Below are positions 29,703 to 39,591 of a stretch of 64,000 bases of DNA, piece after piece. The stretch comes from Granulicella sp. (GTDB taxonomy: Bacteria; Acidobacteriota; Terriglobia; Terriglobales; Acidobacteriaceae): assembly GCA_965218675.1 (NCBI GenBank), contig CBDCLP010000005.1, forward strand, positions 104,798-168,797, written 5' to 3'. The stretch's first letter is position 1. Each line of letters opens with the position of its first letter. Position numbers and translations under genes: made by a program. The notes below the pieces were generated by a model that did not search any database, was not told the DNA's origin, and was given only the letters and a program-made list of their open reading frames with translations.

Positions 29703-31946
29703 TCAGTCCGGCAGGTGTATGGAATACAGATTGCCCGTACCCACGCGAGGTTCGATGATGGGCGCGCCGCCGGGCGTGATGCCGCCGAAGAAGTAGGAGT
29801 CCACCTTGGGCGACGCCAGGTTCGACATATCCGCTACGGGCTCCGCGATCCCACCGGCCACCGGGATCCGCAGAATCGCGGACCGCGGATCGGCAAAGGC
29901 ATGGAAATACACCGCCTTGCTGTCCGGGCTCCACACCGGGTCCGCCGCACTGCCGGTGGCCAGCACCCTCCACCTGCGGCTGGAAACGTCGTAAAGCAGC
30001 AGCCGTGTTTGATCCAGCGACAACGCGACGATCCATCGGCCGTCCGGCGACCACCGCGGGCTGAACAGGTCTTCCGAGCCCGGCAGCACCTGCGTTTGCT
30101 GCGTCTTAAGGTCAAGCACCTGAATATTGTGCGATCCGCCTTCTTTGCCCATCAGGTCGGCTTCGCGTCCAAAGATCAATCTGGTGCCGTCGGCTGACCA
30201 GTCCGGATCGGCCAGGTTGCGCTGATCGGCCAGCACCTTGCGTACCAGGCCGCCGGTGGCGCTCACAAGGTACAGCTGCCAGGTCTGACCTGGCTCGCGA
30301 GCCATCGCGACCAGCTGAGACTGGTCCGGGGACCACTGCGCGAGAAACACGTCCAGATTGTCGGGCGTGAGCTGCAAGCGCTCCGAGCCACTCCCGCTGA
30401 GAGCCCGCCAAAGTCGACCGTCTACATCCACCCATGCCACCCATCGGCCATCGCGTGAGTAACTTACGCGCCGTGCATGCTCCAGAAACGCGGGTGCGGG
30501 AACAAACTGCCGCAGCTTTTGATCAAAAAAACGAGTGCCCGCCGGCGGCTCCAGCCCCACAAAGAAAACGGCGTTTTCCGTGCGCGAAGGGAGGGGCGAG
30601 ATGTAGCTGAGAGGACCGTTGGTGAGCCTTACCGTCGGCGCATGCGGCCCCGTGCCCACCGCCCAGATGTCGCTTCCGCTCGCGTCGCCGGACTGGAAGA
30701 CATAGAAGCGGCCATCGGCCGACCAGGAGCCACAGCAAAGCGAGTGATCGAGAGGCCCTGCCAGATGCAACGGTCGCACCCGGCGCGTGGATGCGTCCAA
30801 CTCCCAAAGGGAGCTGAGGTGGTTTACCGGATCAATCAGGGTAAAGCGCAGCTGCTTTTCCGAAGGCGACCATCGCAGCCAAAAAGCTCGTCCAGGGAGC
30901 GTCGCGTAGTGCGTGGACACGCCGGTCTTCAACTGCACCACATTCAGCTCGTTCCCCGTTGCATACAGAAGACTGTCGCCGTCCGGCATAAAGGTCGCAT
31001 CATGGGCGAGCACATCCCCAACCCGCAGGGCGCTTGAGCCATCCCGGGGCACAATCCAGAGCGGCTGCTCTGAATCCCGGGAGCGACGTCCCCGCACAAT
31101 CAACCTGGAGCCGTTCCGGGAGATGTCGGCGATCGTGGCGGAGCTCAGTTCGTCGGGCATCGTGATCGCTTCCAGGCCGGTACCGCTGGAGTCCACGGAG
31201 CCGATCTCGGGGCGGCCGCCCGCCAGAAACGAGGTGAAGATGCGAGGCCCATCCGTTACCAGCGTGAGCAGATTCTCGGAATTTGGCGGGCCGTCGTAGA
31301 TTTCGCTGCTCTGCGTCAGCTGAGCGACCCGGGAGGGCTGGAAAATGCGGGCCGGACGCGTCAATCTCCAGGTCACCCCAGCGGATAGCGCGATCAGGGC
31401 CAGGGCAGCACCCAGAAGCGGACCCAGCGTCCGCCAGGACCAAGCTGCACGGCGGGTCCGCGGCAGATCGTTCACGGCCGGCGTTGCAACCGCACCAGTT
31501 CCGGCCAAAGGGGCTGCGGGCACAACTGCGACCTCCGGCAAAGAGGCCATCGCCGGAAAGCTCTGCTCTATCTCCGGTACACGCACGGGCTGCGGCGGCT
31601 CTTGTGCAGGCTCAATCACGACCGGCGCGATAAAGCGAAAGCCCCGGCGGGCAAGCGTCTCAATGTAGCGGGGGTGATCGGCGGAGTCGCCCAGAGCGTC
31701 CCGCAGCTTGCTCATGGCGGTGGCAATGCCCCGTTCAAAGTCGACGGTGGTGTGCTCGCCCCAGATCTGAAGCTGCAACTCCTCCCGGGTGACCACTTCT
31801 CCCGGTTTGGCCAGCAGCGCTACCAGCACGCGAAACGGCTGCCCCTGCAGCCGCACGCGCATTCCGAACTTGCGTACCTCTCCGGTGTGGAGATCGACCT
31901 CAAAGCTCCCAAAGGTGACAAGCTCGTGGCGTTGAAGTGTGCTCAT
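29703..31946 (-). CDS. CadC/OmpR-type winged-helix transcriptional regulator with TM segment and TolB-like beta-propeller
   Basis: N-terminus 'FGSFEVDLHTGEVRKFGMRVRLQGQPFRVLVALLAKPGEVVTREELQLQIW' (trans_reg_C). TM segment 'LGPLLGAALALIALSAGV'. C-terminal PD40-like repeats ('WSPDG', 'WSADG', 'YSRDGRW'). Confidence 0.85.
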   Translation of the reverse strand: MSTLQRHELVTFGSFEVDLHTGEVRKFGMRVRLQGQPFRVLVALLAKPGEVVTREELQLQIWGEHTTVDFERGIATAMSKLRDALGDSADHPRYIETLARRGFRFIAPVVIEPAQEPPQPVRVPEIEQSFPAMASLPEVAVVPAAPLAGTGAVATPAVNDLPRTRRAAWSWRTLGPLLGAALALIALSAGVTWRLTRPARIFQPSRVAQLTQSSEIYDGPPNSENLLTLVTDGPRIFTSFLAGGRPEIGSVDSSGTGLEAITMPDELSSATIADISRNGSRLIVRGRRSRDSEQPLWIVPRDGSSALRVGDVLAHDATFMPDGDSLLYATGNELNVVQLKTGVSTHYATLPGRAFWLRWSPSEKQLRFTLIDPVNHLSSLWELDASTRRVRPLHLAGPLDHSLCCGSWSADGRFYVFQSGDASGSDIWAVGTGPHAPTVRLTNGPLSYISPLPSRTENAVFFVGLEPPAGTRFFDQKLRQFVPAPAFLEHARRVSYSRDGRWVAWVDVDGRLWRALSGSGSERLQLTPDNLDVFLAQWSPDQSQLVAMAREPGQTWQLYLVSATGGLVRKVLADQRNLADPDWSADGTRLIFGREADLMGKEGGSHNIQVLDLKTQQTQVLPGSEDLFSPRWSPDGRWIVALSLDQTRLLLYDVSSRRWRVLATGSAADPVWSPDSKAVYFHAFADPRSAILRIPVAGGIAEPVADMSNLASPKVDSYFFGGITPGGAPIIEPRVGTGNLYSIHLPD

Positions 31947-32191
31947 CGACAGCGAATCCCAGAGTTCTATCCTAAACCATCCGGCGCGGGCAGTTGAAGG
32001 TGACGCGTATCTCATTCAATTGCCACGCTTTATCTGGTTACCTGAAAAACAGGCAGAAGTAAGCCCAGCACTATTGCGTACACTCCGTCGTCGGTCCGAA
32101 GCTTCGCACGCCAACATAAATGCACCACCAGATCGCTGGCACGCTGTGCCGGTGGCGGGCATTGGGTCGGAGCATAAGGAGCACCTCGGTC

Positions 32192-35100
32192 ATGAGCAAC
32201 GTTGCATCACAGCCCCGCGCCTGGTCGCGCATCTTCTGGATTTTCATTCTGGCATCCCTGTTTGCCGGAGCCACAGCCTCAGCACAGTCTGACCCGCCGA
32301 TCCCGGCTGGCGACATCCGGGTGCATTACTTCCGGCCCGACGGCAACTACACCGGCTGGACCATCTACGCCTTTTTCGACACCACCGAGCCGAACAACTT
32401 TGCTGGCGGTCCGGTGCAAGTCACGGGTACTGACGACTTTGGCGCCTACTTCGACGTGGGCGTAACCGCAAACGCCACCAACGTCGGCCTCATCATCCAC
32501 AAGGGCGACCTGAAGGACCCCGGCCCCAACCAGAACGTCAATCCTTCAACGCAAGGACGCGAGTTCTGGGAGATCTCCGGCAGCGCTGTGCTGAGCCCGA
32601 CCCGGCCGGCCATCGGCCAGGACCCGCCCCTGGCGGCAAACCACGCCCGGATTCACTACTATCGGCCCGACGGAAACTACGACAACTGGGTTCTTTATGT
32701 TTATGGGGCCACCACGGATCCGGTGGGAGGCTTTTGCGACACCAACGAGTACTTTGCCGGCTATGACAGCTTCGGCCCCTACTTCGACGTGCCAGTCGTC
32801 CCAGGCCACCTCGGCTTCATCATCCACAACTGCTCCACCGGAACGAAGGACCCGGGGCCGGACCAGTCCCTGCAGATCCCGCAGCAATTGGAAGGCTGGG
32901 TCATCTCCGGCGATCCCACCGTGTATCTGCAGGCGCCCACGGCTGCCCAGCTTCTGACGGGGCCGTTTCACCAGCAGCAGGCGTATTGGATCGACGCGAC
33001 CACCATCGCGGTGCGCTCCGCCTATGCGATCCCCGGCTGGACCTATACCCTCAACTCCAGCTATAACGCCGGCCTCAAGCTCACCAGCACAGGCCTGACC
33101 GGGGGCACCTCCATCCCGCTTACGCCCTACTCCGGCACCCTTACCCCGGAAGAGCTGACGCGCTTTCCCGAGCTCAGCACCTATGCACTTTATAAACTTC
33201 CGACGACGCTTGAACCTGCCGCGGTGCTCTCGGCGCTGAAAAGCCAGCTGGAAGTCAGCGCCGTGGCGGCGGACGGTACGCTGAAGTATGCCACCGGGTT
33301 GCAGACCTTTGGCGCCCTCGATGCGCTGCTGGCCTACACCGGCAAGCTCGGCGTGGTGTTCAACCACCCCAACAGCCGTTCCTGGTCCGACTGGCAGGAT
33401 GACAGCGGCTACCCGCTGAAGATCAAAGTCTGGGCCCCCACCGCGCAAAGCCTTTCGCTCCTGCTGTTTGATCACCCCACCGACACCGTTCCGCAGACCA
33501 CCGTCGCCATGCACGAGCACATGGGCGTTTGGGTGGCGGACGGCGATGGCACCTGGAACGGCAAGTTCTACCAGCTGCGCGCACAGGTCTATGTGCCTGC
33601 CGATGGGGCCATCGACACCAACACCACCACCGACCCGTACTCGGTCGATCTTTCCCTGAATGGCACCATGACCCGGATCACCGACCTGGACTCGGATTCC
33701 ACCAAACCGCCAGCCTGGGACCGTCTGGCCTCGCCGGCGCTGGCCAGCCAGATCGACACCAGCATCTATGAGCTGCACGTCCACGACTTCAGCATCGGCG
33801 ACGCCACGGTGCCGGCGGCCAATCGGGGCACCTATGAGGCCTTCACCAACTTCAACAGCGACGGCATGCATCACCTTCGCCAGCTCGCGACCGCGGGCCT
33901 GACCTCCGTCCACCTCCTGCCCACCTTCCACTTCGGCAGCGTCAACGAAGACAAGTCCGCCTGGAAGCTGCCGGAAGGCCTGTCGCCCAATCCGCCGGAT
34001 GGCCAACAACAGCAGGCGGCCGTGGAGGCAGTGCAAAACGCGGACGACTACAACTGGGGCTACGATCCGGTGCACTACATGGCCCCGGAAGGCGCCTATG
34101 CCATCGACCCCACCCAGCGTGTTCGCGAATACCGCGACATGGTGGCAGGCCTGCATAAGGTCGGCCTGCGCGTGATCCAGGATGTGGTCTTCAACCATAC
34201 CTACACCCACGGCGAGGACCCCACGGCCAATCTCGATGAGCTTGTGCCGAACTACTACCACCGCCTCGATGCCAACGGCACCATCGAAACCGGCTCCTGC
34301 TGCTTTGATACCGCCAGCGAACACCAGATGATGGAAAAGCTGATGATCGACACGGTCGTGCTGAACGCGCGGCAGTACAAGATCGACGGCTTCCGCTTCG
34401 ACGCCATGGGCCTGCATTTTGTCTACAACATGGTGGACATCCGCAACGCCCTCAACGCCCTCACGCCGGAAAACGACGGCGTGGATGGCAGCAAGATCTA
34501 CATGTACGGCGAGGGCTTCCAGATCGCCGAGGCAGCCAACAACGCCATCGGGCCGAACGCCAGCCAGGCCAACCTTTACGGCACGGGCATCGGCAGCTTC
34601 AACGACCGGATTCGCGACTCCATTCGCGGCGGCAACATCTTCGCCCAAGACTTCCAGGTGCAGGGCTTCGCCACCGGCCTCTTCACCGACCCCAGCACCT
34701 ACACCAACCAGACCACCCCCAACGCGGACCAGCGCAGCACGCTGCTCAACCAGGCAGACCTGATCCGCCTGAGCCTCGCCGGGGCGCTGAAGAACTTCAG
34801 CTTCGTCGATGCGCAGGGGCAGCCCGTCACGGGCAGCCAGTTGACCTACGGCGGGCAGCCGGCGGGCTGGGCCGCTTCCCCGCTGGAGGACGTAAACTAC
34901 TGCTCCGTGCACGACAACCAGACCCTGTTTGATTCCATCCAGATCAAGTCCGCCGCCGCGGACACCCTCGCCACGCGCACGCGCCGGCAGGTCCTGGCCA
35001 TGAGCCTGATCACGCTGGCGCAGGGCGTCCCGTTCTTTCAGGCAGCTGACGACCTGCTGCGCTCCAAGGACATGGACAACGGCAGCTACAACTCCGGCGA

Positions 35101-35626
35101 TTGGTTCAACAAAATCGACTGGACCGGCCAGGGCGACAACTGGGGCATCGGCCTCCCGGTCGGCAATGTGAACGGGGCGCAGTGGCCCATCGAGCAGCCT
35201 TTGCTCGCCAACCCGGCGCTGAAGCCCACGCCGTTCAACATCGCCACCGCCGCGGTGGCGTTCCAGGACTTCCTTCGCATCCGCTACAGCACCGGCCTGT
35301 TCCGCATGGCCACCGCGGAGGAGGTCCAGGCCAACCTGAGCTTCCTGAACACCGGCGCCAGCCAGATTCCGGGGCTGATCGTCATGAAGCTGGACGACCA
35401 TGGCCACAACTACGGCGGAGCGCACCATGTGGTTGTCTTCTTTAACGGAAGCAACGCACCGGTGAGCTTCACCAACCCTGCCCTCGCGGGCATGAACCTC
35501 CACCTCGACCCTGTGCAGATTCAGTCGTCTGATAAGGTCGTACAACGTTCTACCCTGGATGAAAAACAAGGCGCCGCCACCATCCCGGCTCTCACCACGG
35601 CGGTGTTCGTCAGTGACAAGGAGTGA
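32192..35626 (+). CDS. pulA: Type I pullulanase (GH13) with two N-terminal CBM41-like modules
   Basis: Signal peptide. 'IRVHYFRPDGNYTGWTIYAF' and 'ARIHYYRPDGNYDNWVLYVY' (CBM41-like). 'YNWGYDPVHY' signature, 'GFRFDAMG', 'YGEGF', 'YCSVHDNQTLFD'. ATG 32192 follows AAGGAG. Confidence 0.9.
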   Translation: MSNVASQPRAWSRIFWIFILASLFAGATASAQSDPPIPAGDIRVHYFRPDGNYTGWTIYAFFDTTEPNNFAGGPVQVTGTDDFGAYFDVGVTANATNVGLIIHKGDLKDPGPNQNVNPSTQGREFWEISGSAVLSPTRPAIGQDPPLAANHARIHYYRPDGNYDNWVLYVYGATTDPVGGFCDTNEYFAGYDSFGPYFDVPVVPGHLGFIIHNCSTGTKDPGPDQSLQIPQQLEGWVISGDPTVYLQAPTAAQLLTGPFHQQQAYWIDATTIAVRSAYAIPGWTYTLNSSYNAGLKLTSTGLTGGTSIPLTPYSGTLTPEELTRFPELSTYALYKLPTTLEPAAVLSALKSQLEVSAVAADGTLKYATGLQTFGALDALLAYTGKLGVVFNHPNSRSWSDWQDDSGYPLKIKVWAPTAQSLSLLLFDHPTDTVPQTTVAMHEHMGVWVADGDGTWNGKFYQLRAQVYVPADGAIDTNTTTDPYSVDLSLNGTMTRITDLDSDSTKPPAWDRLASPALASQIDTSIYELHVHDFSIGDATVPAANRGTYEAFTNFNSDGMHHLRQLATAGLTSVHLLPTFHFGSVNEDKSAWKLPEGLSPNPPDGQQQQAAVEAVQNADDYNWGYDPVHYMAPEGAYAIDPTQRVREYRDMVAGLHKVGLRVIQDVVFNHTYTHGEDPTANLDELVPNYYHRLDANGTIETGSCCFDTASEHQMMEKLMIDTVVLNARQYKIDGFRFDAMGLHFVYNMVDIRNALNALTPENDGVDGSKIYMYGEGFQIAEAANNAIGPNASQANLYGTGIGSFNDRIRDSIRGGNIFAQDFQVQGFATGLFTDPSTYTNQTTPNADQRSTLLNQADLIRLSLAGALKNFSFVDAQGQPVTGSQLTYGGQPAGWAASPLEDVNYCSVHDNQTLFDSIQIKSAAADTLATRTRRQVLAMSLITLAQGVPFFQAADDLLRSKDMDNGSYNSGDWFNKIDWTGQGDNWGIGLPVGNVNGAQWPIEQPLLANPALKPTPFNIATAAVAFQDFLRIRYSTGLFRMATAEEVQANLSFLNTGASQIPGLIVMKLDDHGHNYGGAHHVVVFFNGSNAPVSFTNPALAGMNLHLDPVQIQSSDKVVQRSTLDEKQGAATIPALTTAVFVSDKE

Positions 35627-35711
35627 GGCCGACACCGAATCGGCAGCACTCTCAGACAAAACGGAAACACCCTCATCGCATTCACCCTTGCTTCACTACT
35701 TGGAGGTCACA

Positions 35712-38700
35712 TTGAACCGAAAACTCTTAAACCTTGGCGCATCCTTTGCGATGGTGTCGGCTCTGCCGCTCTGCCTTCCCGCAAAGCTCGGTGCGCAGCT
35801 GGCGGTCACCACGGCAACCCTGAATGGCTCAGTGGAGGACGGCTCCGGAGCCATCATCCCGCAGGCCACGGTGACCATCACCAGCACCGAAAAAGGCATC
35901 ACGCGCAACGTCACCAGCAACGCCCGCGGAACCTACAGCTTCACTCAACTTCCACCGTCGACCTACACGCTGACGGTCGTGGCCAACGGTTTCACGACCT
36001 ATAAGCAGACCGGCATCGTGCTCGATGCCGCCCAGTCGGCAACGCAAAACGTCGCCCTGGCTGTGGGTGAGGTCTCGCAGGAGGTGGTGGTCAACGCCCA
36101 GGCCTCCCAGCTCAACACCGATAACGCCAACATCGCCACAAGCATCAATGCCAAGCAGGTCGTCGAGCTCCCGCTCAACCTGCGCAACGTCTACGGCCTC
36201 GCCACGCTCAACTCCTCAGTACAGAACGGGACGGAAACTCAGGGTCTGCTGGGCGGCGGCCCCAATGCCACCGACAATGCGGATCAGGACATCTCGTTTC
36301 TGAACTTCGGCGGCGGTTTTTTCGGCACCACGGCCTATCTGCTGGATGGCGCCTGGGACACCGACCCGCAGTGGGGCGCTGTGATGTATGTGCCCTCCGT
36401 CGATGCTGTGCAGGAGTTCAAGGTACAGAACAATTCCTTTACGGCGCAGTACGGTTGGAGCTCCGGCAATGTGATCAATGTGACCACGAAGTCCGGAACC
36501 AACGCTTTTCACGGCGACGTGTACGAGTTCTTCCGCAACGACGCGCTGGATGCCAACCAGTGGTTCTTTAATCACAACGGAGTTGCCAAGCCGAGCTTCG
36601 GCCGCAACCAGTTCGGCGGCTCTGCCAGCGGCCCCCTGTACATCCCGCACCTTTACAAGCAGAAGGAGAAGACCTTCCTCTTCGGCCTGTATGAGGGACT
36701 GCGGTTGTCGACTCCGAACAGTGCCACCTTCACGGTGCCGACCCCGGCTTTCCGCGCGGGCGACTTTTCCGCACAACTCGGCCCCCAGGGCATGATCAAT
36801 ATCGGAACCAGCCAGAATCCTGACAACGTGCCCGCGTTCGATGCTCTCGGTCGGCCTATCCGCATCGGCCAGATTTATAACCCGCGCAGCACGCGTGCTA
36901 TTACGGCCGGTCAGGTAGACCCCACAACAGGCCTGGTCGCCACGCGGTCCGGCTTTATCCGCGACCCGATCGCCAACAACAATGTTGCTGCGCTCGGTCC
37001 CTTGGACCCGCTCGCCGTCAAGCTGCTCAGCTACTATCCCACGCCCACAAAAGCGGGCATCACCAACAACTTTTTTGGCACGGGCTCCTCACCGTCCACT
37101 TCCAACGAGTACCTGATTCGCGTCGATCACAACTTTAACAGCAACGTCAGAGCCTTCTTCCGTTACTCCTATAAGAGCGAGACCAAGACCGGCAACCCGG
37201 ACTTCTGGGGAGCCGATGACCCGGCCGGTCCGGGCAACCAGCGTCCCAACAATCGCTACAACCTGGCCGCGGGCTACAGTCAGATCTTCACGCCAACGTT
37301 CACCATGAACGTTCAGGCCGGCGTCGAGGTCTGGCATGAATCCTCCATCAATCAATCCAACGGCTTCCAGCCCTCCACCCTCGGTCTTCCCGCCTACTTT
37401 GACGCCAACAGCCCGCAGTTCCCCAATATCAACATCGGAGGCGCATCGAGTCTCGGACCCCCCAATAATCAATACACCGTCAATCATGGGCCAGTCGGCA
37501 GCGTTGCGGTCGACCTCATCAAGACCGCCGGTCGCCACACGATCAACTTCGGGGGTATGTTTGTCGAGCTCGAAGATGATGAGCAATCGCAGTTCCAATC
37601 CAACATCGCATCAAACGGCGCGTTCACCAGCCCCGACCCACAAAGCTCCTTACCGTTCAACACCGGCAGCGGCACCGCCCAGCTGTTGCTAGGCTTGGTG
37701 GACGGGGGCGCAACGGGAACGAACTATAACCCAGCCGTGGCCACCCACTACTTTGGCGGTTACGTTCAGGACGACTGGCGGCCCATCCCTAAACTGACCT
37801 TGAATCTCGGTCTGCGCTATGAAGTGCAAACCGCACCGACCTACAAAAACAACCAAGCCTCAACCTTCGATCCCAACGCAGTCAATCCGGTAAGCACCGC
37901 AGCGGGATACCCCGTTCTCGGCGCTTTGCAGTTCCTTTCTCCCGGCAACAGCGGCGTTTACCACACCCGGTACACCAATGTCGCTCCCCGCATCGGCTTC
38001 AGCTACGCCGCGACGCCGCGATTTGTCTTCCGTGGAGGATATGGCTTCTTTTATCCGCCGGCCATCTCCTGCTGCTTCTTAGGCAATCCCAACGGCTTCC
38101 AAGCGTCAACCAACGTACCGGCATCATTTGACAACTTCACCACTCCCAATCCGGCTGTTTCGCTCGAGACTCCCTTTCCCAATGGCTATGTGGGTATCAC
38201 CGGCAACTCCTTAGGGGGCCTGCAGCAGGTGGGCAATTACAACGGCACCGCCTGGATCAACCGCAAATCTCCTTACGTGCAACAGTACCTGGTCGGCTTT
38301 CAGTGGGGCATCACGCAGAACGATTTGCTGGATGTGAACTTTGTCGGCAATCACGGCACCCACATGATCGGCAACGGTGGTGGTGGCGGTATCTGGGAGG
38401 GTCAGCTCGACCCGAAGTACCTTTCGTTGGGACAAGCTGCTCTCGCCGAGCAGGTTCCAAATCCCTTCTACCCCCTGGTGCCCGCAGGCTCCTACTGCGG
38501 TCTCAACAACCCGACGATCACGCGCTCGCAGTCGCTGCAGCCCTTCCCACAATATTGCGGTATCGCGCAGTTGGACGACCCGCTCGGCTTCGACATTTAC
38601 AACGCCCTCCAGGCGCAGTACAGCCACCGCGTTACCCAGGGCCTGACAGCCACGGTCTCCTACACCTACTCCAAGTTTCTGGATAACGTGGAAGGCAACC

Positions 38701-39359
38701 AGAGCTGGGCTTACACCGGCAATGGGTCACCCGCCAACACCTACAACCTCGCTGCCGAAAAGAGCGTCGACGGCTCCGACACGCCGCACAGCCTGGTCGC
38801 CAACTACGTCTACCAGATCCCTGTGGGACATGGTCGCGCCTATGGCAATCACCTGAACAAGGCCGTCAACGCGGTGGTTGGCGGATGGGAGGTTTCGCAG
38901 ATCGCTTCCTTCCACTCCGGTCTGCCACTCTCTATCAGCGGGGCAAACATTGCCTCTTACGGCGGCAATCCGCGGCCCGATGTGACTGGGAACGTGCACG
39001 TCGCCAATCCCAGCATTCGTGAATGGTTCAACACTGCGGCATTTTCCTTCGCGCCTTATGGCACGTTTGGCACTGCACCGCGTTACTTCTCCTATCTCCG
39101 TGGACCCCACTACCAGAACTGGGACACCAACCTGTCCAAGAACTGGCAGTTTACGGAAACCATGCGTCTGCAGTTCCGCGCGGAGCTGTACAACACCTTT
39201 AACCACCCGCAGTTCTACACGCCCAACACGGGCTACGGTGGCTGCGACCCGAACTCAGATGCTGCGATCGCGACGGGTTCCTGCCCTTCGTCCTTCGGCC
39301 AGATCACCAACACGTTCCCGTCACGAAGCGTTCAGTTCGCCGGGAAGTTCTACTGGTAA
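35712..39359 (+). CDS. TonB-dependent receptor with N-terminal CarboxypepD_reg-like domain
   Basis: 'TATLNGSVEDGSGAIIPQATVTITS...GTYSFTQLPPSTYTLTVVANGF', a plug region, a long beta-barrel, and a C-terminal aromatic 'FAGKFYW'. TTG 35712 lies 5 nt after GGAGG; the alternative is ATG 35751. Confidence 0.88.
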   Translation: MNRKLLNLGASFAMVSALPLCLPAKLGAQLAVTTATLNGSVEDGSGAIIPQATVTITSTEKGITRNVTSNARGTYSFTQLPPSTYTLTVVANGFTTYKQTGIVLDAAQSATQNVALAVGEVSQEVVVNAQASQLNTDNANIATSINAKQVVELPLNLRNVYGLATLNSSVQNGTETQGLLGGGPNATDNADQDISFLNFGGGFFGTTAYLLDGAWDTDPQWGAVMYVPSVDAVQEFKVQNNSFTAQYGWSSGNVINVTTKSGTNAFHGDVYEFFRNDALDANQWFFNHNGVAKPSFGRNQFGGSASGPLYIPHLYKQKEKTFLFGLYEGLRLSTPNSATFTVPTPAFRAGDFSAQLGPQGMINIGTSQNPDNVPAFDALGRPIRIGQIYNPRSTRAITAGQVDPTTGLVATRSGFIRDPIANNNVAALGPLDPLAVKLLSYYPTPTKAGITNNFFGTGSSPSTSNEYLIRVDHNFNSNVRAFFRYSYKSETKTGNPDFWGADDPAGPGNQRPNNRYNLAAGYSQIFTPTFTMNVQAGVEVWHESSINQSNGFQPSTLGLPAYFDANSPQFPNINIGGASSLGPPNNQYTVNHGPVGSVAVDLIKTAGRHTINFGGMFVELEDDEQSQFQSNIASNGAFTSPDPQSSLPFNTGSGTAQLLLGLVDGGATGTNYNPAVATHYFGGYVQDDWRPIPKLTLNLGLRYEVQTAPTYKNNQASTFDPNAVNPVSTAAGYPVLGALQFLSPGNSGVYHTRYTNVAPRIGFSYAATPRFVFRGGYGFFYPPAISCCFLGNPNGFQASTNVPASFDNFTTPNPAVSLETPFPNGYVGITGNSLGGLQQVGNYNGTAWINRKSPYVQQYLVGFQWGITQNDLLDVNFVGNHGTHMIGNGGGGGIWEGQLDPKYLSLGQAALAEQVPNPFYPLVPAGSYCGLNNPTITRSQSLQPFPQYCGIAQLDDPLGFDIYNALQAQYSHRVTQGLTATVSYTYSKFLDNVEGNQSWAYTGNGSPANTYNLAAEKSVDGSDTPHSLVANYVYQIPVGHGRAYGNHLNKAVNAVVGGWEVSQIASFHSGLPLSISGANIASYGGNPRPDVTGNVHVANPSIREWFNTAAFSFAPYGTFGTAPRYFSYLRGPHYQNWDTNLSKNWQFTETMRLQFRAELYNTFNHPQFYTPNTGYGGCDPNSDAAIATGSCPSSFGQITNTFPSRSVQFAGKFYW

Positions 39360-39394
39360 AACGTCACTCAAACCATCTTGAAACGCTCAACCCT

Positions 39395-39428
39395 GTTGGC
39401 CGGGATCTTTCCCGGCCAACAGATTTTT
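39395..39428 (+). terminator. Intrinsic terminator after the TonB-dependent receptor gene
   Basis: 'GTTGGCCGGGA' (39395-39405), loop 'TCTT', 'TCCCGGCCAAC' (39410-39420), then 'AGATTTTT'. Confidence 0.85.
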
Positions 39429-39591
39429 AGCTTCGCAAAACGGTCACAACGCAAGGCGAAGACCGCATACTGTACCAGGCACCACCCGCTGCTTGGGTAT
39501 CTGCACACACACGGCTCGAACCACTACGCTTCCTCGCGCGGACACGCCCGCGCATCACGGGAGTGTCCTCACCCGTCCCTTCAGGAGAACA

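Noticed and set aside
32546-35659. 1037-aa ORF on the minus strand
   Set aside because: Antisense shadow of the pullulanase gene. It has no recognisable motifs and a composition dominated by G/A/V/R/D.
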